NCBI GenBank assembly: GCA_950097015.1
Contig: CATNEN010000039.1
Span: 16,802,001-16,866,000 of the forward strand
Origin: Macrostomum hystrix
Taxonomy: Eukaryota; Animalia; Platyhelminthes
Length of the DNA: 64,000 bases
Direction: 5' to 3'
Numbering within the stretch: position 1 is the stretch's first letter; each line of letters starts with the position of its first letter. The notes below the pieces were generated by a model. The model had not been told where the DNA came from. It searched no databases and worked only from the letters and a program-made list of their open reading frames with translations. This document shows positions 1-12,914 of this stretch, piece after piece. The translations under genes and the position numbers were made by a program.

Positions 1-1323
1 AACTGGCTCTGATGCAATCATAAAAATTGGCACTGGAGCCTCACTGTGCACAAGCTGAAAACAAGAATGCATTAGAAAAGCCTATTTAAAACTGTTTTTC
101 GAATATTTAATCCCCTTGCCAATGGAATTAAGCTTAATAAAATTACGTGTACCGATTCCGGCCCATTTGTGATCTTTTGGCGAAGGAATTTTGAAAATCG
201 GTTGAGCCGTTCGGGAGCTAGTCGATTGCAAACAAACATACAAGCAAGATTTTCATTTTTAGTATATACAAGCAAGATTTCATTTTTAGTATATAAGAAG
301 ACTAGCTGCCTTCGCTACCCTCTGGGTAGCCTCACTGGAGTTCTTATCAGTTCGTTATCAAAACTGGCTCTGATGCAATCATAAAAATTGGCACTGGAGC
401 CTCACTGTGCACAAGCTGAAAACAAGAATGCATTAGAAAAGCCTATTTAAAACTGTTTTTCGAATATTTAATCCCCTTGGCAATGAAATTAAGCTTAATA
501 AAAATACGTGTACCGATTCCGGCCCATTTGTGATCTTTTGGCGAAGGAATTGCGAAAATCGGTTGAGCCGTTTGGGAGCTAGTCGATTGCAAACATACAA
601 ACATACAAACATACAAACAAGATTTTCATTTTTAGTATAATAGATAGACTAGCTGCCCTTCGCTACCCTCTGGGTAGCCTCACTGGAGTTGTTATCAGTG
701 CGTTATCAAAACTGGCTCTGATGCAATCATTAAAATTGGCACTGGAGCCTCACTGTGCACAAGCTGAAAACAAGAATGCATTAGAAAAGCCTATTTAAAA
801 CTGTTTTTCGAATATTTAATCCCCTTGGCAATGGAATTAAGCTTAATAAAAATACGTGTACCGATTCGGGACCAATTGTGATCTTTTAGCGAAGGAATTG
901 CGAAAATCGGTTGAGCCGTTCGGGAGCTAGTCGATTGCAAACATACAAACAAGCAAGATTTTCATTTTTAGTATATAAGACTAGCTGCCTTCGCTACCCT
1001 CTGGGTAGCCTCACTGGAGTTCTTATCAGTGCGTTATCAAAATTGGCTCCGATGCAATCATTAAAATTGGCACTGGAGCCTCACTGCGCACAAGCTGAAA
1101 ACAAGAATGCATTAGAAAAGCCTATTTAAAACTGTTTTTCGAATATTTAATCCCCTTGGCAATGGAATTAAGCTTAATAAAAATACGTGTACCGATTCGG
1201 GCCCATTTGTGATCTTTTGGCGAAGGAATTGCGAAAATCGGTTGAGCCGTTCGGGAGCTAGTCGATTGCAAACATACATACAAACATACAAACATACAAG
1301 ATTTTCATTTTTAGTATATTAGA
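1..1323 (-). mobile_element. Head-to-tail array of ~330-350 bp non-autonomous Helitrons (units 1-301 partial, 302-648, 649-980, 981-1323)
   Basis: On the minus strand each unit starts TC (last unit A|TCTAATATAC at 1324/1323) and ends with the hairpin GCTACCC-aga-GGGTAGC about 8 nt before CTAG. There is an internal (ACAT/ACAA)n microsatellite. Junctions are CTAG|TC with no TSD. Confidence 0.8.
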
Positions 1324-1534
1324 TGTTACTCCAACTTGCCCACATTAAATCCCTCTAGGGGGTTACAAGCAGACAAACAAAGTTAGCAGACTATATATTT
1401 GCTCCTAAGTAGGCTACCTATGCCTCCTATAGGACAGTTTGTCCACTTTGAGCAGATAAACAATGCCTACATTTGTTGGAGTTTCTCCCCTTTTTGCAGA
1501 GAAATAATGTTCCCCTTTAGCACAGAAACCATAT

Positions 1535-1842
1535 AATAATAATATCTGCAGGAAAGCTGCGGGCAATGGCACATCATTTGGTGACACTAGACCCACTGCC
1601 AGCGAGGAGGCATTTCGCTGACTTCTGAGCACACATGCACACAGATACTGTACGCAGGCACACACTCACCAGTTTCTTATCGTCAGGCAGTTTACACTCT
1701 TACTGTGCCTGTAAGTGCGTAAATTGCACGTCAAGCCCCAAAGCCTTCTCTCCGCAGCTGCAACTCAAATAAATTTGGCCTCGCCGCGGAATCGAGCTCA
1801 TAGGGACCTTGGTGCGAGACGCAAACGTGTTAGCCGCCACTC
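1535..1842 (-). mobile_element. tRNA-derived SINE, family A (degenerate copy)
   Basis: Homologous to the copies at 56080, 59734 and 61935; (ATT)n tail near 1535-1545; degenerate B-box at the 5' end. Confidence 0.75.
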
Positions 1843-1968
1843 ATACTTTTTACTGTTGGTTTAGTTCATGGACTGGAAATGCCAACGACTTGAGTACTTA
1901 ACTTGAAATAAAGCATATAATAATTAATGAGTTATCTCTTCGTTAATTACTTTCAGTCTCCAGTCACC

Positions 1969-3995
1969 ATGTCAACAGAGGACAATTACTACGCGATCCT
2001 GGAGCTGGATCCCAACGCGCAAGACGCGGAGGTGCGCAAGGCCTACAGGCGAATGGCGTTACGTTGGCATCCGGATAAGAATCAGGCCAATCCGCAGGAG
2101 GCCGAGCGAAAGTTTAAACTCATCAGCGAGGCCTATGAGGTTCGTTCTGATGGAGTTACATAAATGATCGTCGCTAGTATAAATTGCATCAAGAAAATAG
2201 TCAGAATGCTAAGTCTGAGCCCGCATTTACACCATTAATTGCTGATTAAATGTCTTTTAAAGTGTCTTTTTTGTTAGGACACTAGTTGTTCTAATGGAAT
2301 CAGGAATCGAACCCACGACCTTTCGAACTTAAGTCGAAAGCCCGATGCTCTAACCACTAGGCCAGAACCCCTGGTAACACTCGTATATTTTGATGCCCGA
2401 AATTGTGCAGATAATTAGTCCGGTCACGTGATTATAATGCGCGCGATGGACTTGGGGACTCACCCGGCCGGTGTCATTGGTTGCGCAAGCAGGTGGATCG
2501 CTATTGGCTCACAGTTGCTGTCACGTCTTGGCCCTCGAAACTATTTGCGCAAATAACTCGGGCAGCTTGATGTGACAGAAATTATGAAAGAAGCTGAGCG
2601 CCCCAAAAACGATATTTTTTAAATTTTTGTATCGCCATGACACAGTTAAAAACCGGCGCACTGCCAGTTCAAATCATTATATTATAGTTATTTTGTAAAA
2701 CGTCGCTTACTGTAAGTAGTGAGTAAGAAAATGTTCCTTAAATAATATTGAATTCATAGATCCTAAGAAAAATGTCGATTGATTTTTTGCGACGCAGGTG
2801 CTTTCTGACCCCGAGAAACGGCGAATCTACGATTTCTACGGCAAGGAGGGCCTAGCCGAGGCTGCAGCGGCTGGCGATGAAGACTTTCAACAGCATCAGC
2901 GCCGGCAGCAGCAGCAGCAGCAGCGTCAGCGGCATCAGCAGTCCAGTCGGGAGCGCGACTGGCGTCATGAGCATCAGCATTATCACTTTCGCGATCCGCG
3001 TGACGTATTCCGCGACTTCTTCGGTCCAGATGATCCGTTCACAAGGATTCTGAATCCGGACCCACTAAGGGTTAGTGGTGTTTAATTCAGCGATATAAAT
3101 TTCACTGCTTTGTGACAAATTGCTCGACGTTCAATCAAGCGCTTCTTAGCTTAAAGAGGCCCATAAATTGGACCGCCTAAAGCGCAACTGTGAAGCCTCA
3201 ATCAACCTCCACAAGTCAGGTTTTAGTCTGAGTAAGCCTTCGGCGCCTCCAGAAAGGGGTCATTTTTAGCTTGTCAGTGCCCTCCAGAGAGTAAGGCCCG
3301 TGGGTAGAGCTCTTCGACGCCCCTAGAAAGGGCCGTTTTAGACTATGAATTTAAGCCTTCGACACTGCTAAAAAGGCCGTTTAGAATTTTAATCTACACC
3401 TTTTGGGTCCCTATAATGTGCGGTTTTCGACTAGTAATTTATGCCTTCGACGCCCCCAGAAAGAGCCGTTTAAGTTTTAACATTTCAGTAGATCCATAAA
3501 AGGGCCGTTTTAAGCCCGTCAGCAGCGCCGCTGACGTCCCTAGAAAGGGCCGTTTTAAACACGTTTTTAAGCCTCCGAAATCTCTGCCACGCGCAGGCAT
3601 TCGAAGAGTCGATGCGCAACATTGGCGAGCGGCACCGAGCCAACAACAACATCAATCCGGGCAGCTTCGCAAACTTCGGCGCCGGCCTATTCGACTTCGG
3701 CTTCGGCCCCGGCTTCTCGTCTTCCAACAACACCGCGGGCAGCAGTCGGTCCCAGATTTCCAGCAGCGCTTCAGGCGGCGCCAGAAGCAGATTAACCGCG
3801 CTGCACCCGACCAGGGTTACCTCGACCTTTACCAACTTGGTCAATGGTCGTCGGGTCGTTGTGCACAAAGTTGTCGAGAACGGGATTGAAACTATCACGA
3901 AGTCTGTCGACGGTCAGGTGACGGAGAAGACAGTCAACGGACGGTCAGTCAGCGGCCTCGGCGGCGATAGCAAGCCCACAATTCAGGCTAAATGA
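1969..3995 (+). CDS. DNAJB6: DnaJ/Hsp40 class B, DNAJB6/B2/B8-like; exons 1969-2139, 2798-3070, 3597-3995 (~280 aa)
   Basis: J domain with HPD motif (LRWHPDKN...EAYE|[12 protein letters not shown]), [13 protein letters not shown] linker, G/F- and S/T-rich region, C-terminal [19 protein letters not shown] phase-0 junctions join in frame. Confidence 0.88.
2298..2372 (-). mobile_element. tRNA-like SINE head or tRNA pseudogene in DnaJ intron 1
   Basis: Minus strand has A-box TGGCCTAGTGG and B-box GGTTCGATTCC, but the acceptor stem does not pair. Confidence 0.55.
3215..3575. repeat. Degenerate ~50-bp tandem repeat in DnaJ intron 2
   Basis: Recurrent gccttcgacgccc..agaaagggccgtttta motif. Confidence 0.6.
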
Positions 3996-4187
3996 TCGAA
4001 GACACAGTCAGGGAAGTGCGATTCCGGTTTTTTTGTGAAATTCCACACATTTATTGTCCTAACAGTCCTGTCTTAACCTACTTAACCCTGAATGTGTCCT
4101 TCTTTTCTAGGATCTAACATTAAGTAAATATTTACATATCTTCACTAGATCCTAAATTTGAATTTCTATGATTTTCAAATGTATTCT

Positions 4188-4672
4188 AGGATCTGGGATT
4201 TTTGAGTACAGTCCATCCAAAAACTGTGGATCTTAGATAGTTTAGGTAAAGTCCATTAATAAACTGGATCTGGGAGTGTTGAGTACAGTCCATTAATAAA
4301 CTGGATCTGGGAGTGTTGAGTACAGTCCATTCATAAACTGTGGATCTGGGAGTGTTGAGTACAGTCCATTCATAAACTGGATCTGGGAGTGTTGAGTACA
4401 GTCCATTCATAAACTGGATCTGGGAGTGTTGAGTACAGTCCATTCATAAACTGTTGATCTGGGAGTGTTGAGTACAGTCCATTCATAAACTGGATCTGGG
4501 AGTGTTGAGTACAGTCTATTCATAAACTGTGGATCTGGGAGTGTTGAGTACATTCCATTAATAAACTGGATCTGGGAGTGTTGAGTACATTCCATTCATA
4601 AACTGTGGATCTGGGAATATCGAGTACATTCCATTCATAAACTGTTGATCTGGGAGTGTTGAGTACAGTCCA
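4188..4672. repeat. Minisatellite, 37/40-bp unit ggatctgggagtgttgagtacagtccattcataaact
   Basis: Direct tandem copies. Confidence 0.95.
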
Positions 4673-5184
4673 CCCATTTTTCATCCATCCCTGTCCGTTA
4701 CCTTTCAAATCCCAATTGGCATCCAAGAGTTATCCTAACATTTTGCTAGCACCATTTTTTATACAGATCTATCTATCCCAAGAGGTGAGATCGCTTTCAC
4801 ATACATAATCAAGACTGATTATCGAATTTAGCTTGTTGTAGACAGAAAACTGTCTTCCGCTGAAGACAAAAGCCAAGACTCTAAAATATGCCTAATAAAC
4901 GGGACAAGTTGACTATTTTCTTAGATTTTCATCCATTATTTTATCCGCAGTAAAACGTACGGTACGTAAAAATTGTAAAGTTTCCTCTTTTGAATTCCGG
5001 ATTATTGGTACCTAGTATCCAGGATATTGCTAATGATTGACATTTACTTCTATTCCGTTCCAATTTAGTGTGATTTGTCAAATAAACTGTCGTCACAAAA
5101 TACGCCATTCACTTTCGTATTTAAGATTCGTTTTATAAAATTAAAATAAGTAATTCTTACTCTCAGACAAACTTTTTTAATAAA

Positions 5185-6372
5185 ATGAAGAAACAGTTTA
5201 GAGACTAGCAAGATAAACTGAAGAAAAGTTTAGAGAATAGAAGATAAACTGATGAACAGTTAAGAGAATAGAAGATAAACTGAAGAACAGTTTAGAGAGT
5301 AGAAGATAAACTGAAGAACAGTTAAGAGAGTAGTATATAAACTGAAGAAAAGTTTAGAGAATAGAAGATAAACTGATGAACAGTTAAGAGAATAGAAGAT
5401 AAACTGAAGAACAGTTTAGAGAATAGAAGATAAACTGAAGAACAGTTAAGAGAGTAGTAAATAAACTGAAGAACAGTTTAGAGAATAGAAGATAAACTGA
5501 AGAACAGTTTAGAGAATAGAAGATAAACTGAAGAACAGTTAAGAGAATAGAAGATAAACTGAAGAACAGTTAAGAGAGTAGTAAATAAACTGAAGAACAG
5601 TTTAGAGAATAGAAGATAAACTGAAGAACAGTTTAGAGAATAGAAGATAAACTGAAGAGCAGTTTAGAGAATAGAAGATAAACTGAAGAACAGTTTAGAG
5701 AATAGAAGATAAACTGAAGAACAGTTAAGAGAATAGAAGATAAACTGAAGAACAGTTTAGAGAATAGAAGATAAACTGATGAACAGTTAAGAGAGTAGTA
5801 AATAAACTGAAGAACAGTTTAGAGAATAGAAGATAAACTGAAGAACAGTTTAGAGAATAGAAGATAAACTGAAGAACAGTTAAGAGAATAGAAGATAAAC
5901 TGAAGAAAAGTTTAGAGAGTAGAAGATAAACTGAAGAACAGTTAAGAGAATAGAAGATAAACTGATGAACAGTTAAGAGAGTAGTATATAAACTGAAGAA
6001 AAGTTTAGAGAATAGAAGATAAACTGAAGAAAAGTTTAGAGAGTAGAAGATAAACTGAAGAACAGTTAAGAGAATAGAAGATAAACTGATGAACAGTTAA
6101 GAGAATAGAAGATAAACTGATGAACAGTTAAGAGAGTAGTATATAAACTGAAGAAAAGTTTAGAGAATAGAAGATAAACTGAAGAACAGTTAAGAGAGTA
6201 GTATATAAACTGAAGAACAGTTTAGAGAATAGAAGATAAACTGATGAACAGTTAAGAGAGTAGAAGATAAACTGAAGAACAGTTAAGAGAGTAGAAGATA
6301 AACTGAAGAACAGTTTAGAGAATAGAAGATAAACTGATGAACAGTTAAGAGAGTAGTAAATAAACTGAAGAG
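5185..6372. repeat. Minisatellite, 31-bp unit gaagataaactgaagaacagtttagagaata
   Basis: Direct tandem copies. Confidence 0.95.
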
Positions 6373-7162
6373 CAAAAGTAGCAAAACTATTGAGTTAAAT
6401 GTGACTATTTCATCCCATCAGCAAAAATTTTGCGGTTCACTGGGTAGCAATGATCGTTATATTTACTATGAACTCTCACAGAATCAGTTGTTAAGCCTGG
6501 TATAAGTCTCAGATGGTGGAAGAAGCAATAAAGAGTCACCAGTTATTCAAGCTTGTGTCGAAAAAAAATTGACGCGTTAAAGATGACGATAATATCAGTT
6601 GCACTAAACAAAATGATAATGATATTAACAAAATTGATCTAAAAAATTGAATATTTAATAAATTATTGCATGATTATTTGTTACCTGTGCGACCGAAAAT
6701 GTTTCAGAGAGACAACAAATAAATTCAAGCAGTAAACTAACTAGCAGAAACTCAGTACTTATGCTAGACAATAGAAACAAGGAGCAAAACAAGATTAGCA
6801 AGCAAATAAAACAAAACGTGAATTCAACAAATCCTGCCTACTCTCGATTCGCATACGCTACTTCAAGTAGGCGGGAAGGAAAAAACAGGAAGTCGTTTTT
6901 TAAATAAGGAAAAAACAGGTCTCATATTGCCGCTCTTGACAACATGAACAAAAAACAAAAAAATGAATCCAATGCAGCATTGCCTCAGAAATTTCGCAGC
7001 TCCTTTCAAGTTACGATTCAGATTTGATTTACAATTCGACTTTTGTTTCATAAGCAAACAAGCGGCCTAATAAACAGATGCCAGAGTCAGAGCAATAAAA
7101 AGAAAAGATTGAAAATTGAATTCTTTAGATAACAAATTTTAATAAGCAAATAAACAAACTGC

Positions 7163-9113
7163 TTAGTAGGTGCCGTTACCGCTGGCTGTGTACCAGGCAG
7201 GCGGTGCTTGAACGAAGCCCCCACCGCCGCCACCGCGCTGCCTTGCATTCGGCCTATAGAACTGCTGCTGCTGCTGCTGCTGCTGATTCTGATTCTGGTA
7301 GTAGGGACGTCCGCCCCCACCAACTCCGGTGTAACCGCCGCCGCGTCCGCCCGCAAGAGGAGCGCGAACTTTTTTCTCGTTTTCGTCGGCAAATCGGATC
7401 TAAAAATAGATTCAGTATCTGTGAGATTCTCAGAGCGATGTTGCCAGGCAATGGATTAGGACGATTAAATCAGCTATAGAAATAATTGATTATTGCTCCA
7501 AAGAAACCAATTTTAAGGATAATAAATTTAAAGTTCATGGATCCCCAAGATCAAGGATCCAAAAGAACAAAGATCCATAAGATCAAGAATCGCTAAGATC
7601 AAGAATCCCTAAGATCAAGAATCCCTAAGATGAAGGATCCCTAAGATCAAGGATCCCTAAGATCATGAATCCCTAAGATCAAGGATCCCTAAGAATAAGG
7701 ATCCCTAAGATCAAGGATCCCTAAGATCAAGGATCCCTAAGATCAAGGATCCCTAAGATCAAGGATCCCTAAGATCAAGGATCCCTAAGATCAAGGATCC
7801 CTAAGAACAAAGATCCCAAAGAAAAAATATCCCTAAGATCAAGGATCCCTAAGATCAAGGATCCCTAAAATCAAGAATCCCTAAGATAAAGGATCCCTAA
7901 GATAAAGGATCCCTAAGATCAAGAATCCCTAAGATCAAGGATCCCTAAGAACAAGGATCCCTAAGAAAAAATATCCCTAAGATCAAGGATCCCTAAGATC
8001 AAGGATCCCTAAGAACAAGGATCCCTAAGAAAAAATATCCCTAAGATCAAGGATCCCTAAGATCAAGGATCCCTAAGAACAAAGATCCCTAAGAAAAAAT
8101 ATCCCTAAGATCAAGGATCCCTAAGATCAAGGATCCCTAAGAACAAGGATCCCTAAGAAAAAATATCCCTAAGATCAAGGATCCCTAAGAACAAGGATCC
8201 CTAAGAAAAAATATCCCTAAGATCAAGGATCCCTAAGATCAAGGATCCCTAAGAACAAAGATCCCTAAGATCAAGGATCCCTAAAGATCAAGGATCCCTA
8301 AGATCAAGAATCCCTAAGATCAAGGATCCCTAAGATCAAGGATCCCTAAAGATCAAGGATCCCTAAGATCAAGGATCCCTAAGAACAAAGATCCCAAAGA
8401 AAAAATATCCCTAAGATCAAGGATCCCTAAGATCAATGATCCCTAATATCAGAGTTTCAAAAAAAGTTATCATCTAAACAAAAATCAAGATACAAGGTTT
8501 CTATATACACAGAATGCGTAGAATGGGCCGATTTCCAGCAACCTACCTGCACAGGCATTGGATGCGGATCATTGGCAGACAAATTGCTGCTTCCAGGCCA
8601 GGGCCTATTATGCAATGCGTCGAGAGCAGCCTGTGCCGAGCTGTGCGTCTCAAACAGACAGAAGCCAAGTAGGCCGCGCGGAGTCACACCAGCCAGCTGC
8701 TGCTGCTGCTGCTGCTGCTGTTGCTGCTGATGGTGCAACAGTCGGCAGTTGATAATCGGTCCGAATCGTCCAAGCACCTGCTGCATAGCGTCCTCCGTAA
8801 TGCCAACAGGCAGGCAGGAGATGTGCAGCTTACAGTTTCGAGTCTCCTCGCTGCGCATCCGAGCGAAGGCCACCTTGATCGTCTTGCGACCCAGCTGGTG
8901 CCCGTTCAAAATATCTATGGCCCTAGCCGCCGCCTCGTGACTATTGTAGTCGCAGAAGCCGTAGCCATAGCTGTACCCGGTGGCATTGTTTCTACAGATC
9001 TTAACAGATTTCACGCCGGGAGCCTGAGAGTCAAATAATCTAAATAGATCTTCGTCTCTGAGCTCCTGCGGCAGGTAATTAACAATTAGATTGGTGTCCG
9101 AGTACTGCGCCAT
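7163..9113 (-). CDS. Two-RRM RNA-binding protein, Sex-lethal/ELAV family (Sxl-like); exons 9113-8547 and 7399-7163 (~267 aa)
   Basis: RRM1 TNLIVNYLPQ...TGYSYGYGFCDY...LNG..TIKVAFAR; RRM2 carries a polyQ insertion. The splice PVQ|IRFADENEKK (gtaggt...tttttag, phase 0) leads to a Gly/Arg/Tyr/Gln-rich tail ending ...NGTY*. Exon 2 is not shown in this frame in the ORF track. Confidence 0.85.
7540..8450. repeat. Minisatellite, 16-bp unit gatcaaggatccctaa, filling the Sxl-like intron
   Basis: Direct tandem copies. Confidence 0.95.
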
Positions 9114-9254
9114 GTTGCGATTCGAGAAACTGACGGACACTGCGAGTCCGGCCGCTGAAAATAGAACACGTGCGAAATAGGTTCTGATTTTAGCATTACA
9201 AAGCTGAGCAATAACTCGAAACTGTTTAATCCTATATATTGTCGGATAGTCCCA

Positions 9255-9575
9255 TCAATCCTCGGATAATCCTATTAATCCTCTGATAATCCCATCTATC
9301 CTCTGAGAATCCCATCTATCCTCTGATAATCTCAACTATCATCTGATAATCCCATCCATCCTCTGATAATCCCATCTATCCTCTGAGAATCCCATCTATC
9401 TTCTAATAATCTCAACTATCATCTGATAATCCCATCTATCCTCTGATAATCCTATCCATCCTCTGATAATCCCATCTATCCTCTGATAACCCCATCCATC
9501 CTCTGATAATATCATCTATCCTCTGATAATCTCATCTATCCTCTGATAATCCCATGTGTCCTCTGATAATCCAAT
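9255..9575. repeat. Minisatellite, 20-bp unit cccatctatcctctgataat
   Basis: Direct tandem copies. Confidence 0.9.
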
Positions 9576-10044
9576 GCATTCTGTTTTTACTTTTGGTAAA
9601 TTGGTAAATTTTTTACAATGAGAAGGGAAATAATATGAACTGCTTTACTTGTATTAATGTAAATTTTTGCGAAAAAAATGCAATGAGTGACTTTATAAAT
9701 GCTTGACCAGTTGGAAAATATTCGCTTATAAAAATTCGGTTTTATTATAAAAGTACAAATTAATTTAAATGCTGATAAATCTTTGAGCTGTTAAATTATT
9801 CAAGCCGTACATAAAACAGTTAACAGGGGTTAAAAATCTTTTTTTAATCCAATTTAAACGCATAAATAAGTTTATATCAAATCGAAAATAATTAAAATGC
9901 CATTGATTACGCATGAAACAAACTTTCTTTCATTGCAAATTAATTTATACGCATACTAAATAGAACCAGGCTTAAAAAAAATTAAAAGAAATTTTTTTTT
10001 ATATAATGAATTCTAATGCTTGAAGTCATGCAAAAAAATTAAGT

Positions 10045-11380
10045 TGCAGACACCTCAGATCCCAAATCTCAGACACCTCAGATCCCAAATCTTAGACACC
10101 TCAGATCCCAAATCTCAGACACCTCAGATCCCAAATCTCAGACACCTCAGATCCTTGGTCTTAGACACCTCAGATCCCCAAGTCTCAGACATCTCAGATC
10201 CCTAGTTAAGAGATCTCAGATCCTAAGCCTCAGACACCTCAGATCCCTAGTCTCAGACACCTCAGATACAATGTCTCCAGACAACTCAGATCCCAAGTCT
10301 CAGACATCTCAAATCCCTAGTTAAGAGATCTCAGATCCTAAGCCTCAGACACCTCAGATCCCTAGTCTCAGACACCTCAGATACAATGTCTCCAGACAAC
10401 TCAGATCCCAAGTCTCAGACACCTCTGATCCCTAGTCTCAGACACCTCAGATACAATGTCTCCAGACAACTCAGATCCCAAGTCTCAGACATCTCAAATC
10501 CCTAGTCTCAGACACCTCAGATACAATGTCTCCAGACAACTCAGATCCCAAGTCTCAGACATCTCAAATCCCTAGTTAAGAGATCTCAGATCCTAAGCCT
10601 CAGACACCTCAGATCCCTAGTCTCAGACACCTCAGATACAATGTCTCCAGACAACTCAGATCCCAAGTCTCAGACACCTCTGATCCCTAGTCTCAGACAC
10701 CTCAGATACAATGTCTCCAGACACCTTAGATCCCAATTCTCAGACACCTTAGATCCCTAGTCTCAGAACCTCATTTCCAAATCTCAGACACCTCAAATCC
10801 TTGGTCTTAGACACCTCAGATCACAAGTCTCAGACACCTCAGATCCCTAGTTAAGAGATATCAGATCCTAAGCCCCAGACACCTCAGATCCCTAGTCTCA
10901 GACACCTCAGATCCCAATTCTTAGACACCTCAAATCCTTAGTCTTAGACACCTCAAATCCTTGGTCTTAGACACCTCAAATCCTTGGTCTTAGACATCTC
11001 AGATCCCAAGTCTCAGACACCTCAAATCCTTGGTCTTAGACACCTCAGAAGATCCTAAAGCCTCAGGCACCTCAAATCCTTGGTCTTAGACACCTCAAAG
11101 CCTTGGTCTCAGACACCTTAGATCCCAATTCTCAGACACCTCAAATCCTTGGTCTTAGACACCTCAGAAGATCCTAAAGCCTCAGGCACCTCAAATCCTT
11201 GGTCTTAGACACCTCAAAGCCTTGGTCTCAGACACCTTAGATCCCAATTCTTAGACACCTCAAATCCTTGGTCTTAGACACCTCAGATCCTAAAGCCTCA
11301 GACACCTCAGATACCAAGTCTCAGACACCTCAGACCCCCAGTCTCAGACACCTCAGATCCTTGGTCTCAGACACCTGAGA
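10045..11380. repeat. Minisatellite, ~23-bp unit tctcagacacctcagatccctag, directly 3' of the ORC2 stop
   Basis: Tandem copies with higher-order blocks. Confidence 0.92.
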
Positions 11381-11389
11381 TTCTATCAA

Positions 11390-12914
11390 TCAGAGGTCGC
11401 AATCGTCACCGAACGCGGCAAGAAACTGTGTGAGAGTTTCGGCAGCCAGTGGCACCACGGCAGAGTCGCCAGCCTGTCCGGCAGCATCGAAGCGCAGCCG
11501 GACAAGGCCGTGATCTCGAAACTCTCTCAGGTGAGCGTGCAGGGTCAGTTCCGAAGTGACCAGCATACCATCTCGGCAGGCCGTATAGATCTCGTCTAAT
11601 GGCCAGGGCTCGCCGGGTCGCTCCAATTGCCGCCTGGCTAGCATAACAAACAGTTCCCGGGCATTGTGGGTTAATGAGGCCATGAGGTGACGCAAGCCAG
11701 ACAGTTGCAAAGCTGCCGAGCCTGACTCGCCGGAGCAACCTCCTACGGCGCTGTCAACATATTCAACGGCGCGTCCCGTATGCGCCGAACTAGTTGGCAG
11801 CTCTTCAACGTATGGTCTCATCGGCATAGGCAGCGGGCACCAGAGGCTGGCCATGCGGGTTAGTCGGCCCCTGTCCCACAGCAGCTGGCAGAGTCGATGA
11901 TCTAGGCTGGCTATCATGCGAACAGCCGGCGATGCCACCAGAGACACCAGGGCTTCAATGGCTTTGTCTGTGCGCAACTGTGGCCCGTCGAGACTGTGGA
12001 ACTGAATTGGGAAAATCAACACGGAAATCCAGAACACGGGCTTCAACTTTCCGCTCTATCCTATGAAACAGCTTCCAGAATCACAAGGCATCAGCATCAT
12101 CGGGATATTTAACGATTATCGTCAAGGTGTCTGGTGGCAAAACCACCAATGTATGCATGATTTTTGTGCTCATAAAATTTCATGTTGAACATGAGTTATT
12201 CGGTTTGTGAGCTATCGTGAATTTGGCACTGCTGTGATGTTTTGATGACTGATTTATTGAATCATGAAACAAACAATACCAGAATATTTAACTCACCACA
12301 ATATACAGAGTCAAATCAGCATTAATTAAAGTGTCGCCAATGAGCTTAGCCATGTCAACTAATGATTTGACACCGCCTGTTGCTGACGTCACAGCAGCAT
12401 CGCCAATGAATTCATCGATTAGCGCAGTCAGGATAGCCTTGGGCGCAGCTTCCGGATGATAGCCGTCAATCTCAACGCACATCTGATCAGACAGGTGAGC
12501 CGATTTAAACTGACGCAACAGGTGGCGCTTGGAGCCCAGGCCATAGACTAGAAGACTAAAGCCGCCCAGATGCATTTGGTGCCACCAGTCAGCAAACAGA
12601 TTGTTGGCGCAGTTAAGTTCGGCAGTTGTTGGCAAATCATTGCTGGCCCCAATAGACTCAATATGCTCATTTGCTAACTGCTGCGAACTATCTTCGTCTG
12701 GTCTATTGGGCAGAGAGGCTAGAGTCTTTGTTCCCTGCTTGCGATTCGATCTACCCTTTTTACCACAGCGAGAGCTCATGGCAACGGCATTGAAATATTG
12801 ATCAGTATCTTCAGCGGCTAGACGAATGGCAGCTTCGTTTGCATCGTTTATTAGCTGAGACTGTACAAACTGTTTGTCCTCCTTCAAACAACTGACAACT
12901 GACTTAATAGGCAT
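11390..12914 (-). CDS. ORC2: Origin recognition complex subunit 2; exons 12914-12297 and 12001-11390 (~409 aa)
   Basis: FSLLVYGLGSKRHLL, LYIV|FHSLDGPQLR, IASLDH, SLTHNARELF and LVTSELTLHAHLREFRDH match ORC2 motifs; gtgagt...ttcag phase-0 intron. Confidence 0.9.

Noticed and set aside
2298-2372. Functional tRNA gene
   Set aside because: A and B boxes are present, but there is no paired acceptor stem or clean anticodon arm; treated as a SINE head or pseudogene.
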